A stretch of DNA of 36,194 bases from a virus (IMGVR_UViG_3300037882_001468:1-36194), one strand, 5' to 3'; counted from the first letter of the stretch, positions 9,926-19,123 are shown. A program made the numbers and translations. Notes: generated from the letters alone by a model not told the origin.

Positions 9926-10441
9926 TTAGTTTGTTGAAGCTTCTTCAATCATAACTTCAAGGTCCAAAACGCCATCAACCGATGGTTTAGTTGGGAATTT
10001 TAAGCCCAAATAAACGCCACCAGCAGGCTCTTGGTCATGTGTTTGGCCTAACAATTCGCCGATGTTCTTGGTTGTATCAAGAGCAGGGGTAAAATGCATC
10101 AACAAATCACGAGTTGATAATGCGGCCGCCAAGGTTGCACCAGTCCATAACAAAGCGTCTGAGCCTGATTTAATCAAGGTTAATGTGCCATCATTGGCCT
10201 TATAGTAAAAACCTAATTTACTATCAGCGGCCGCAGTTAAAGCAGGCGAGGCATTGGGTGTAGAAATACGAGCAATGCGTTCGCCGTAGGTTAAAGGTCC
10301 TGCAAGCTCAACAATATCGCCGTTAGTCATGCTAGCGGTTAAAAGAGCAGCGCGCGCAGGAACTGTGCGATATTTTTTGCCTACAGTATAGACAGGGTTT
10401 TTAGGTTTGGCAGTAAAGCCAGTTGTGCGGAAAGTCGCCAT
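9926..10441 (-). CDS. Capsid cement/decoration protein (putative)
   Basis: 171 aa, beta-rich, GGAG RBS, directly after the MCP and before a terminator. Confidence 0.65.
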   Translation of the reverse strand: MATFRTTGFTAKPKNPVYTVGKKYRTVPARAALLTASMTNGDIVELAGPLTYGERIARISTPNASPALTAAADSKLGFYYKANDGTLTLIKSGSDALLWTGATLAAALSTRDLLMHFTPALDTTKNIGELLGQTHDQEPAGGVYLGLKFPTKPSVDGVLDLEVMIEEASTN

Positions 10442-10457
10442 TTTTAGTTACTCCAAT

Positions 10458-11387
10458 TTAAAGTGTTGTGGTTACGATTTGAACGAGAACGCCTTCGGTG
10501 CGCATAGCGTTAATCCAAAAATCAATAGTGATCTCATAAGAATTAACTTTAGTCCCACTTTTAGCAACATCAATGTCACCAATTTCCATTGCCATCGCAA
10601 TAGATTTTGGAGCCAAGACGAGGCATTGGCGAGTGGTTGATAATTCGGTTAAAATCGGGCTTGTAACCTGAATGCCGCCATTAACAGAACCAGCAAACAA
10701 TTGCACACGATATGCACCAGCTTTTTCCATCACGCCTTTTTCAACTACAGAACCTGTAATGTAAAAGTTGTTAATGAATTTATCTTCGTTCATCAAGTTT
10801 GTGTTTTCTTTACCAGTAACACAGATTGTTGAACCACTAAAAACGCTATAATCTACATCGTTGTTGATAAAGTTTTCAGTAATTTTTTGAACGATAGGAT
10901 AGGTAAAGCCAGCCGTGCCATCAATGGTTAAAACGCCATCAGCAGCAGCGCTAATTGACGATTGAACAGCATCAGGAGCACCAACCGAAACAGCACCAAC
11001 AGCCGCAGAAGCCGCGATACGGTCAATCACACGCTCTTTGGCTGCATCTAATTGCATCAAAATGTCGCTGCGTGGGTCTTTCAACAATTCGTTAATGTCG
11101 TTTTTAGCATCAATAGTGATGGTTTTTGTAAAACGACGCTTAGTGAATTGGCGGTTATCCAAAGCATAGTCGCCATATTGTTTGTCAGGGTTGCGGGTAT
11201 TAACTTCGTTTAAGTCAATACGGCCAATGCGCGCCATGTTGTTGGTTTTGCCTTGTGATGGCAACCACATAATAGCACCAGTTGAAACGAGTTTAGATTT
11301 GGTTTGTTGCGCTAATGAATAAAAGCTATCTTGGAAGTTTTGCTTTGCACCAGCATCAATAGATGGGTTAATAGTATTTGAAGGCAT
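10458..11387 (-). CDS. Major capsid protein
   Basis: ATG at 11387 follows GGAG. Motifs LAQQTKSKL, AKERVIDRI and C-terminal AMRTEGVLVQI fit BPP-1/T7-like capsids; synteny agrees. Confidence 0.9.
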   Translation of the reverse strand: MPSNTINPSIDAGAKQNFQDSFYSLAQQTKSKLVSTGAIMWLPSQGKTNNMARIGRIDLNEVNTRNPDKQYGDYALDNRQFTKRRFTKTITIDAKNDINELLKDPRSDILMQLDAAKERVIDRIAASAAVGAVSVGAPDAVQSSISAAADGVLTIDGTAGFTYPIVQKITENFINNDVDYSVFSGSTICVTGKENTNLMNEDKFINNFYITGSVVEKGVMEKAGAYRVQLFAGSVNGGIQVTSPILTELSTTRQCLVLAPKSIAMAMEIGDIDVAKSGTKVNSYEITIDFWINAMRTEGVLVQIVTTTL

Positions 11388-11393
11388 CTTCAA

Positions 11394-11510
11394 GCTCCAT
11401 AAGTTAAGAATGATAATTTGTTGTCTTCAAAAAGGTGTCCTGTAATCAGGGCTTTTTTAGCATTTTCGGCTGCATAACCATTTTAGGGTTGCGCAAAGCA
11501 AGTATCCACG
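11394..11510 (-). promoter_or_regulatory. Structured 5' leader of the major capsid gene
   Basis: Hairpin AAAAAG-C-CCTG-ATTA-CAGG-ACAC-CTTTTT at 11457-11429, plus a weaker related hairpin at 11507-11486. Confidence 0.6.
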
Positions 11511-11516
11511 TGAAAC

Positions 11517-11545
11517 ATCATAATCTGATTTTTTAACTTTTGCAA
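11517..11545 (-). promoter_or_regulatory. sigma70-like promoter for the capsid operon
   Basis: TTGCAA(11545-11540)-N17-TATGAT(11522-11517), right after a terminator. Confidence 0.7.
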
Positions 11546-11547
11546 AT

Positions 11548-11575
11548 AAAAAAAATAGGGGGCAAAACCCCCTAT
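11548..11575 (-). terminator. Rho-independent terminator
   Basis: ATAGGGGG-TTTTG-CCCCCTAT followed by a T run on the minus strand. Confidence 0.9.
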
Positions 11576-11599
11576 CTTTATCAATTTAAATCATATGGC

Positions 11600-12268
11600 T
11601 TAGGCCGCAGTTTCGCCAAACAAACGCTCATATAAATTGTCATACTTGATATTTACATGGTGTTTAATGCCCTTTTCACGGGCCAGCGATACCAATTCTG
11701 CCATGGTAGGCTTGCCGCTATCATCTTCCACATTGTTAAGATATTCATCATTTGTGGTATTTGCAGGGCTTGTAAGCACCCCATCGCCCACAATGCAAGG
11801 CTCTTGATTTGATAGGGTAAAGCCCTCTTTGCTAACATCAATATCAACGCCATAAACAACGGCATAGTAGTTAGCATAGGCGGCAATGCGCATTTCCTGA
11901 ATACTTTGGCCAGAAACATGGCGCGGCACAGGCACACGACGCAAATCTTTGGCCGTGGCCAAATCCTGCAACTCGTTTTCGTTCATTTCGCGAATGTCTT
12001 TGCCGATGAATGAAAGCTCACCTTCAACCTCTTCGGGTTCATCAATAAAGACTTGGCGAATATTTTCAATGCGCTCAGGATAGGCTTTGTTGCCATCGGC
12101 ATCAACAGCTTCCCTAATCCATTTAACAGCATAACGGCTGCGAATGTGCATTTTAGCAATGTCAATATCGGTGTAAGGCACAACGCCTTGCAAGTCTTCA
12201 AAGTCAATTACTTTGTTGTCAGATGTGTGGAATGACCCATGAATTGTAAATTTTAACAGTTTTGCCAT
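11600..12268 (-). CDS. Hypothetical acidic protein with C-terminal HeH/LEM-like motif
   Basis: 222 aa, GGAG RBS, C-terminal TMAELVSLAREKGI...YDNLYERL. Confidence 0.7.
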   Translation of the reverse strand: MAKLLKFTIHGSFHTSDNKVIDFEDLQGVVPYTDIDIAKMHIRSRYAVKWIREAVDADGNKAYPERIENIRQVFIDEPEEVEGELSFIGKDIREMNENELQDLATAKDLRRVPVPRHVSGQSIQEMRIAAYANYYAVVYGVDIDVSKEGFTLSNQEPCIVGDGVLTSPANTTNDEYLNNVEDDSGKPTMAELVSLAREKGIKHHVNIKYDNLYERLFGETAA

Positions 12269-12269
12269 T

Positions 12270-13127
12270 TTATTTAACTCCCTTATATGTTGCTGCTAGT
12301 TTTTCTTTTAACGCTTGATACTCAGAAGCAGTATATGGGCGTTTCATCATTTCGTCAAATTCATCACGCAGCTTAACGCGAACAACATTGATGTCAGTTA
12401 CTGAACCCGCAATGCCTTGTGTTTCGGCTTGCTTACCAGTTTCTTCGGCGCCGAATTTCTTCATAATGTTAAATACAGTTCTGTCTAAGGCAACCCGCAC
12501 ATTGTTGTTAATACCATCTAAAATGGCTTTATCTTCGGGTGTGGCAAATGCCTTATAGCCTTGCTCAACTTGGGCAACCACTTGTTTAGCCTGAGCGCCA
12601 AAGCTTTTGCCCATAAGCTCAAGATAACCATCAGCGCTAACATTGGCCGCTTGTTGGGCCTCAACCATCTTAGCCGATAATTCGGTTACTTGCTTGATAA
12701 TTTGGCTGCCTTGATAAGCCGATATGCCATTTTTTAGAAACAAATCGCCCACGGCCGCCTTAAACTCAGGCTCAGCGCCTTCGCCAAACTCATAGGCATC
12801 GGCACTTTCTGGGCGCAAGGTAGCGTGGTATTTTTCAATTTGCTCAGGTGTGGCAGTCGCATAATCAATCGGCAGCACTTCCTTTTTGCCAACTAAGGCG
12901 CTCAGGTTATCCAATTGCTTATAAACATCGTCTTGGGTTTTGATTTTGCTGGCCCATGATTTATTTTTATGGTCCTCAGGCAAAACAAATGCATCGTCCG
13001 CAGGGGTAGCAGTTGCTTTATTTTCTGGCGTTGTTACATCAGCCGTTGTAGTTCCTTGGGTTGTGGCAGCGTCTAAGGGCGCGGTATCTGCCGTTGTGGC
13101 AGGCGCGGTATCCGTGGTTTCTGTCAT
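12270..13127 (-). CDS. Capsid scaffolding protein
   Basis: T/A/P/D-rich N-terminus, LPED...YKQLDNL..LVG...RPESADAY motif; lies between portal and MCP. Confidence 0.85.
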   Translation of the reverse strand: MTETTDTAPATTADTAPLDAATTQGTTTADVTTPENKATATPADDAFVLPEDHKNKSWASKIKTQDDVYKQLDNLSALVGKKEVLPIDYATATPEQIEKYHATLRPESADAYEFGEGAEPEFKAAVGDLFLKNGISAYQGSQIIKQVTELSAKMVEAQQAANVSADGYLELMGKSFGAQAKQVVAQVEQGYKAFATPEDKAILDGINNNVRVALDRTVFNIMKKFGAEETGKQAETQGIAGSVTDINVVRVKLRDEFDEMMKRPYTASEYQALKEKLAATYKGVK

Positions 13128-13129
13128 TT

Positions 13130-13450
13130 TTAATCTTCCAATTCTTTTCTAAGTTGAACATCAAGATAAGGCCGTATGTGCTCTAAATACAAGTAGCGCA
13201 GGGCTTTATCTTCCACCAAAGCCATGCCGTCCATCTTGCGTGTTACCGCAAATACACCACAGGCTTTAATGAGGGTTTTTAAGAATACTTTCCCATTTGG
13301 TGTTGAAGCCACACCATTAAGGGCAATTTTATATTCTTCCTTATTAGCAACAATATTTTGCTTTATGGCCTCCATATTCACACGGTCAGCCATAAGCTTG
13401 CTTGCAGTATCTTTAAAAGCCTGCACTTCGGGGGGCTCATTTTGCGACAT
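13130..13450 (-). CDS. Small post-portal protein (Bbp19-like)
   Basis: STPNGKVFLKTLIKACG motif and position between portal and scaffold. Confidence 0.7.
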   Translation of the reverse strand: MSQNEPPEVQAFKDTASKLMADRVNMEAIKQNIVANKEEYKIALNGVASTPNGKVFLKTLIKACGVFAVTRKMDGMALVEDKALRYLYLEHIRPYLDVQLRKELED

Positions 13451-15236
13451 TAGCGGCCTCAGTATTGTTCTTGTTAGCTATTGATGCTTTTTGCTGGATT
13501 TCAGCACCAGCTTGGCCGGCTTGCAATGCAACGGCCTGTGCGTTTGCCTGCGCAATCTTCATGATTTTATCCTTAAATTCCTTCTCACTAAGCAAAATCT
13601 GGCTATTAGCATCAAGGTTTTCGTTGATGGCCAGCAACAGCTTAAACCAATTAACCCCCTCAGCAATCTGCGGGTAAAGCGGCATAATGGCACTAATAGC
13701 CTGCAACACCTGCAATAGGTTTTGCACGGCTTCGGTGCGTGTTAGCTTTTCAAGCTCATTGTTAAAGCGCAATTCATACCAAGGTTTGCCCTCAGCGATA
13801 ACTTGCAACACAGCTTCGGGAATAATGCGCTCACTCAAACCAAGGGCAGCCAATTGTTTGGCTTTATCTTCCATCAAAATAGGATTAACCCCAAGCTCAC
13901 CAAGCATATAAAGCAGCGAGATAGAGCGCTTGCATACTGGCACAAGCACCTCATTTTTTTGCTGCAACAGCGTGCCCGACAATGATTTGCCCCGAATAGC
14001 ATAGCGCTGCAAGCTTTCGGTGGCGGTCATATCCTTGGCCGAGCTAAAATCTAGCAGCACGTCAATTTTAAATGCGGTGGCTATTTTTTCGTTCAGGTAA
14101 GGCAGTAGGAATTTAAGAATAGCAGAAGGGTCGCCAACATCGGCAATAGGGAAGATTGGCGGCGCTTTACCAACAAACGCATCGTTAAACACGGTTAAGC
14201 TATTGGGGCTACTATCAAGCACACTATCCCCGAAGATGGCATTGTTAAGTATGCCTAAAGCGGGGTTGCTCATTTTTTCAACAATTTCTATCGCATTACC
14301 CACCATAAAATTGACTGAGCGAATAGTTGAGATAAGCATTGTGCCGCTTGCACGGCCATAAACTTCATTACGCACCTTAATGGCGCGCGCTACAGCAATT
14401 GGGCGTTCGGCAAAATCTTCTTCGCGAAAAATGCTGTCATCGTTTTGACCGTCCATAAACCAAACACCCTTATATCGGGTGCCACGCTTGCCGGCCATTT
14501 TAGGGTTAAAATTGGCACGAGGGAAAAAGCCAAACACAATAACAAACTGCTTGTTCAAGTCTTTTGTGTTGTAGGCATCACGAATAGCTTGGGGCATTTT
14601 GGCAAACAGCTTGTTATCAAGCGCACCGCCAACAAAGCAAAAATCCTGAATAATACGATTAACACGCATGGCTTCTGGCACAAATACAGTATCAACCTGC
14701 ATACCACGGCCTTCATCAATTATCAGGTTATCAACCCCATAATTCTTAAAGTTTAAGGCGTTTTCATCAACACCATTGATAAAATCATTATTCTTGAAAG
14801 TGCCAATGCCCGATGTGCCAAAAGCAATTTGGTCGTAAGCATATGGGCGCAATGCAACAGAAAAGCCAGCGTTTGGGTGGTTAATGTGGAATAGTGCCGA
14901 GCGTGTGGCATATTTATAAAACGGCTCAACAACAGATTTATCAACCAACTCTTCAACATGGCGGCTTGGGATAATGTCAAAAAGCTTGTCACCTGTGCCC
15001 ACAAGTATGCCAGCCATATAATCACCCGCCTGATTTACGCTAATGGCACAAGTGGGGTCATCAATCATAACGTCTAAGGCATCGCCTTTGCGGTTATTAT
15101 TCGTGGTAACATTGCCATCAGGATTAACGCTAATGCCAACATAGGCGGCAATATCTTCCCATATGGGCTTTTCTTGCTCCCAGTTTGTTTTTAACTGGCT
15201 ATAAATCTGCCGAATGTTTTGGTTTTCAGTTAGCAA
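13437..15236 (-). CDS. Portal / head-to-tail connector
   Basis: 599 aa, TTG start, motifs DQIAFGT, EVYGRASG and MTATES..R typical of T7/BPP-1 connectors. Confidence 0.93.
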   Translation of the reverse strand: MLTENQNIRQIYSQLKTNWEQEKPIWEDIAAYVGISVNPDGNVTTNNNRKGDALDVMIDDPTCAISVNQAGDYMAGILVGTGDKLFDIIPSRHVEELVDKSVVEPFYKYATRSALFHINHPNAGFSVALRPYAYDQIAFGTSGIGTFKNNDFINGVDENALNFKNYGVDNLIIDEGRGMQVDTVFVPEAMRVNRIIQDFCFVGGALDNKLFAKMPQAIRDAYNTKDLNKQFVIVFGFFPRANFNPKMAGKRGTRYKGVWFMDGQNDDSIFREEDFAERPIAVARAIKVRNEVYGRASGTMLISTIRSVNFMVGNAIEIVEKMSNPALGILNNAIFGDSVLDSSPNSLTVFNDAFVGKAPPIFPIADVGDPSAILKFLLPYLNEKIATAFKIDVLLDFSSAKDMTATESLQRYAIRGKSLSGTLLQQKNEVLVPVCKRSISLLYMLGELGVNPILMEDKAKQLAALGLSERIIPEAVLQVIAEGKPWYELRFNNELEKLTRTEAVQNLLQVLQAISAIMPLYPQIAEGVNWFKLLLAINENLDANSQILLSEKEFKDKIMKIAQANAQAVALQAGQAGAEIQQKASIANKNNTEAANVAK

Positions 15237-15238
15237 CT

Positions 15239-15436
15239 TTAATTCCCCAACAAGGTTTGGCGTGTTTGAACTTGGTCAGGCGCTAATTCTGAGCCTGCTA
15301 AACCGCCCTCAGTTGCCAATAATTGTGTGCGTGAAAGCTTAGCTTTGCGTTTTTCTTCGGTAACATCGGCTATTGGCGCTGTTGAAACTTTTGGCTTGTC
15401 GCCACCGCCTAGCAATCCTGTAATTAAACCACCCAT
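15239..15436 (-). CDS. Small pre-portal virion protein (T7 gp7.3-like position), 65 aa
   Basis: Likely start MGGLITGLLGGG at 15436; ends in TLLGN, as do small proteins preceding podovirus portals. Confidence 0.75.
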   Translation of the reverse strand: MGGLITGLLGGGDKPKVSTAPIADVTEEKRKAKLSRTQLLATEGGLAGSELAPDQVQTRQTLLGN

Positions 15437-15491
15437 ATTCGGCCCCCGCATAAAGCTTTTTTTTAATACCGCCCAAACATAGCTCAATTTT

Positions 15492-16853
15492 TCATCTGCG
15501 TCTAGCACTTTTAGCGCGCGCCGATACATTGCGCTTAACCACATTAACCACATTGCCCGAAACACTATTGCTATCGCGGCCCAAATGCTTGACAGCTCCC
15601 CAAATTGCCATCATCAAACTATCCATATCATCAGGCGAATATTTCAATTCTTTTTTCATATCCTGTTTTGATTGAATAAAGCGCTTGCCATCTGAGCGTG
15701 GCTTGGCTTTAATTTTTTCAGCCTGCTTAATCACTTCCCTATCTTTATCTTCAAGGCACAAATAGCCCAAATCAAACCAGTCACGCGCGGTATAGTATGC
15801 AGCGGCCCGAACATTGCCATAGGCTTTGTTATCAATCCCATCGGTGCTGCCACCATCAAAAGCCTTAACATCAAGCTTTAATTCATGCAAACGGTCATAC
15901 ACGACCTTGCCCATGCCGCCAACGTCTATAATCACCACATCAGGCTTAAACTGCCCGATATAATTCACAATGCGGCCTGTGCTCACCATGCTATCGTCTT
16001 CGTCCCACGGTATGCGCTCAGTTAGCTTCCAATGCTGGCTTGTCATGCGGTCAAGCACGGTTGCAACACATTGGTCATTGCCCTGTGCCGCAAAGTCAAT
16101 GGCCAGCACACGCTTGCGGGGCACTTCATCACCAAACCACTTGCGGCCAATGGCGGCATCTAGCTTGTCGTAATTGAATAAATATTCATCGGCCGAGCTT
16201 AATGGGTGCCCAAGCCAAATGTGGTTATAATCACGCAAACTTTTGGCCTTCATGTCTTCGGCCTGAATTTTAAGCGACAATGGGCAAAATGGGTTTTCAA
16301 AATAGTTAATCTGAATATGCAGGCACTTTTTATGCCCGATGCAATACTCCGGCACAGCGTCATCACGCATATAGCGGTTCATGGTGAAAAACACGCGGCT
16401 ATTGTTTTTACGAATAGTAGGCATGATAATGCCCAAAGTGTGCTTGGTTATGCTCTGAGCCTCGTCAATCCATAGAATATCAACGCCTTCAAGCCCTTTT
16501 ACGCTAACATTGCCCTGATCACGGAAGCCCTTAAACCTAAATTCTGTGCCAGTTGTGCGATGAACGATGCGGGTTTTAAACACTTTGTAGGCTAAATTAT
16601 ATTCTTCAATCAAATCCTTGAGCAGCGTATAAACACTTTCTTCAATGTTGGCCTGAATTTCACGGCCGCACACCACGCGAATTTTATTCTCTTCGCCAAG
16701 GAATAGCAGAAACCTGCCAACTGAATGTGATTTAGCCGAGCCACGGCCACCTTCAAGAAAAAAAATGTCAAAGTCGTTAAAATTTGTCACCATTGGTAAC
16801 AATTTAGGCGGTATATTTAGAATTTCAGGCAGGGATATAACCGCCTCCGTCAT
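15492..16853 (-). CDS. terL: Terminase large subunit (PBSX/SPP1-like)
   Basis: Walker A GGRGSAKS, Walker B WIDEAQ, coupling motif TMN, nuclease motifs AIDFA and SPDDMDS. Confidence 0.95.
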   Translation of the reverse strand: MTEAVISLPEILNIPPKLLPMVTNFNDFDIFFLEGGRGSAKSHSVGRFLLFLGEENKIRVVCGREIQANIEESVYTLLKDLIEEYNLAYKVFKTRIVHRTTGTEFRFKGFRDQGNVSVKGLEGVDILWIDEAQSITKHTLGIIMPTIRKNNSRVFFTMNRYMRDDAVPEYCIGHKKCLHIQINYFENPFCPLSLKIQAEDMKAKSLRDYNHIWLGHPLSSADEYLFNYDKLDAAIGRKWFGDEVPRKRVLAIDFAAQGNDQCVATVLDRMTSQHWKLTERIPWDEDDSMVSTGRIVNYIGQFKPDVVIIDVGGMGKVVYDRLHELKLDVKAFDGGSTDGIDNKAYGNVRAAAYYTARDWFDLGYLCLEDKDREVIKQAEKIKAKPRSDGKRFIQSKQDMKKELKYSPDDMDSLMMAIWGAVKHLGRDSNSVSGNVVNVVKRNVSARAKSARRR

Positions 16854-17446
16854 TTTTTAATTTTTCTTGGCACTTGGCCCACGTTGAAAGTTAGGGTTTT
16901 TTGCGTGCCATCGGCCGAGTTTTTCATGGTAACACGGCCCATCTGGTTAAAGTTAATATCTAAGCCAGCGCCATCGCTAAATAATTTAAGGTGCTTGCCC
17001 AATTTATCTAGCGCCCCAAGCTTATCATACATTTTTACCTTGGTCCGCATACCGTGAATTGTTTCCACTTGGCTAATTTCAGCAATGGCCAAGGCATCGT
17101 CATCGGCCAAATCTTCGCTATCAACCGCCTCAATTCCCTTATGTCCCCACTTAACTACACGGCGCGCATCGCTAAAGGCCAACCGTGCTAGCTCTTTAAG
17201 CACATGGTCAGCCGTAATTTCTAGCCGTTTGTTGCGGCTTTCCATCAAGCGGTTAATTTCCTGCACAATATAGGGATTGTCTAAAGCTTCGCTGGCAGTT
17301 TCAGCAGCCGATAACTTAGAATAGCCAGCACGACAGGCGGCCTTAAAGCCGTTTAAGTCAATAACATACTCCTTACAGAAAAGCTTTTGCTTCTCAGTCA
17401 GGCCAATATCTTCAACAGGAGGCGGCTTTGGTCCTTTAGATTTCAA
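16850..17446 (-). CDS. terS: Terminase small subunit
   Basis: LTEKQKLFCKEYVIDLNG..AACRAGYS..TA HTH, ITADHVLKELARLAFSD and KLGALDKLGKHL. TTG at 17446 after GGGGG is the likely start; the ORF extends to 17482. Confidence 0.92.
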   Translation of the reverse strand: MKSKGPKPPPVEDIGLTEKQKLFCKEYVIDLNGFKAACRAGYSKLSAAETASEALDNPYIVQEINRLMESRNKRLEITADHVLKELARLAFSDARRVVKWGHKGIEAVDSEDLADDDALAIAEISQVETIHGMRTKVKMYDKLGALDKLGKHLKLFSDGAGLDINFNQMGRVTMKNSADGTQKTLTFNVGQVPRKIKK

Positions 17447-17780
17447 GTTGAACCCCCAAAACTTCGGCATAAGCTGCATCAACCTTGGTATTATATTCGG
17501 CTACAGTAGCTTGGGCCAGCTTATTACCTTCTTCGCTCAGGCTTTTAACCTTGGCGCACATTGCAGTAAAGGCGGCAACACCATCTTCCATAAGGTTAAG
17601 ACAGGCCATTTCCACGTTATGAACTGAGCCAGCATCGGCAACCACTTGCACCATGGGGTGTTGGTGTGGCGATAGGAAAATGCCTTTAACTCGGCCAACG
17701 CCGTGCACAATTTCACCCTCGGCCGTTTGGCGCACAAAGCTAACAGTTTCGCCGAGTTGTGGTTGGATTTTATTCATCAT
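17436..17780 (-). CDS. Hypothetical protein
   Basis: 114 aa, coupled to terS; first gene after a candidate promoter. Confidence 0.7.
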   Translation of the reverse strand: MMNKIQPQLGETVSFVRQTAEGEIVHGVGRVKGIFLSPHQHPMVQVVADAGSVHNVEMACLNLMEDGVAAFTAMCAKVKSLSEEGNKLAQATVAEYNTKVDAAYAEVLGVQLEI

Positions 17781-17821
17781 GGCTATGGTCTTTCTGTGGT
17801 TGGTTAGGGATTACATTAACA

Positions 17822-17851
17822 GTTTTAGCACAAGTTTAGGCTAAACATCAA
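17822..17851 (-). promoter_or_regulatory. Candidate promoter of the packaging operon with a palindrome in the spacer
   Basis: TTGATG-N18-TAAAAC with TG upstream of the -10; spacer holds GTTTAG-N-CTAAAC (17834-17846). Confidence 0.45.
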
Positions 17852-17852
17852 G

Positions 17853-18446
17853 TTAGAAAATGGCCTTAAAGACATCGGCCAGCAGCAGCGTGTCACCATA
17901 GGCCGAGTGCAATTTGGCTTTATCAACCTTAATGCCGAGCCGCTTGGCCACATCAGCCAGATTGTTTTTTTCCTTTGGCCACAGTATGCGCGCACGTTTA
18001 AGGGTGCAAATTGTTTGGCCAATGCTATAGGCAGGCTTGCCAGCAAGTGCCAATTCAGCGTTTAAAAAGCCAATATCAAAGGGCGCGTTGTGAATTACCA
18101 TCACATCTGAGCCGATAAAATCAATCAAGGCATCGGCATAATGGGCAAAATCAGGGCAGCCATGCACAGTTTCATTGCAGATACCGTGAATTTGAGCAAC
18201 TTTGTCGGGTATATGGCGGCGCGGATTTACGAGAGCGTTCAAAAATTGGCCAGTTTGCTCCCCATTTATCAGCTCAAGGGCCGAAAATTCAACAATCCTA
18301 TCGCCCGAACTAAATCCAAAGCCAGTAGTTTCACAGTCAAAAACAACATGGCGGCGCACTTGTGGGGTAATATTATCATTAACAGCAGCCGCGTTTTCCA
18401 TCATGCGGCGCTTGGCTACAGCCTCCCAATCTATCGGTGTTTTCAT
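17853..18446 (-). CDS. dnaQ: DnaQ/epsilon-like DEDDh 3'-5' exonuclease
   Basis: ExoI FDCETTG, ExoII HNAPFDIGFL, ExoIII HSAYGDT; GDRIVE and resemblance to bacterial epsilon subunits. Confidence 0.9.
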   Translation of the reverse strand: MKTPIDWEAVAKRRMMENAAAVNDNITPQVRRHVVFDCETTGFGFSSGDRIVEFSALELINGEQTGQFLNALVNPRRHIPDKVAQIHGICNETVHGCPDFAHYADALIDFIGSDVMVIHNAPFDIGFLNAELALAGKPAYSIGQTICTLKRARILWPKEKNNLADVAKRLGIKVDKAKLHSAYGDTLLLADVFKAIF

Positions 18447-18682
18447 TTTACGGCCTTTCTTTTTTCAAGCCATTTATAATAATCATGTAAAACTGCCATT
18501 ATAAAATCATCGGACGTAGGATTAACCACCCGTTTTAAGGCAGCTTCGGGCAGAGATTTAAGGTAAGCAAGAAAAATAAGGTTATTGCCTATGCCCTTAT
18601 CAACCTTGTTTTTGATTGAAAAAACCTTATAACTCTGGATAAGTGCCGATTTTATGCGTATGCCTGCCACATCAAACCTCAA
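18443..18682 (-). CDS. Hypothetical protein
   Basis: 79 aa, overlaps both neighbours in the operon, TTG start. Confidence 0.55.
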   Translation of the reverse strand: MRFDVAGIRIKSALIQSYKVFSIKNKVDKGIGNNLIFLAYLKSLPEAALKRVVNPTSDDFIMAVLHDYYKWLEKRKAVK

Positions 18683-19046
18683 TTTCTGCCGTGGGCGAAC
18701 GAATTATTTTAACATCAATGCCGTGTATTGCTAGCATCAATTTACGCTTTAACACAAATTCAGGCAACAATGCACCCCCCTTAAAATCTTCAACCACATA
18801 AACCCACTCATTTTTAACTTTACAATAACGCATATAGGCAAAATCCGCTATATAGACGCATACAGGGCAGTTGTTAATCTCAAGGCTAAATCTTACCTGC
18901 CGAGCCAATTCACGCACACAGCCCCCCTCTGCTTGATTATTTAGCCATATCCATCTTGATGCCTCCCCTATACTGTCAAATTTATGGCCACCATATTCGC
19001 ATTTTTTATTGCGATATTTATTCTTTGCAATTCCTCTGTAAGTCAA
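18672..19046 (-). CDS. DUF1064-family PD-(D/E)XK endonuclease (putative resolvase)
   Basis: NKYRNKK..FDSIGEA..RQVRF..YIADFAY..VVEDFKG..LKRKLM. Confidence 0.88.
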   Translation of the reverse strand: MTYRGIAKNKYRNKKCEYGGHKFDSIGEASRWIWLNNQAEGGCVRELARQVRFSLEINNCPVCVYIADFAYMRYCKVKNEWVYVVEDFKGGALLPEFVLKRKLMLAIHGIDVKIIRSPTAEIEV

Positions 19047-19123
19047 TGTCTATGCGCCTTTCACGGTTTTTTATCGTATTTATTAGAGTTAGTTAGGGAG
19101 TGTTAAAGCGTTGATTTAATGGG

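Noticed and set aside
10441-10470. Programmed frameshift at the capsid end (CTT TAA) fusing MCP to the cement protein
   Set aside because: Both the +1 and -1 frames hit stop codons within a few codons, before the next gene.
15437-15565. N-terminal extensions in the track for the 15239, 16850, 22248, 22441, 26206 and 6102 ORFs
   Set aside because: They overlap upstream genes, and downstream starts have better RBSs and family-typical N-termini.
18729-18736. Isolated TGCTAGCA copy outside the origin
   Set aside because: A single 8-mer within coding sequence is compatible with chance.
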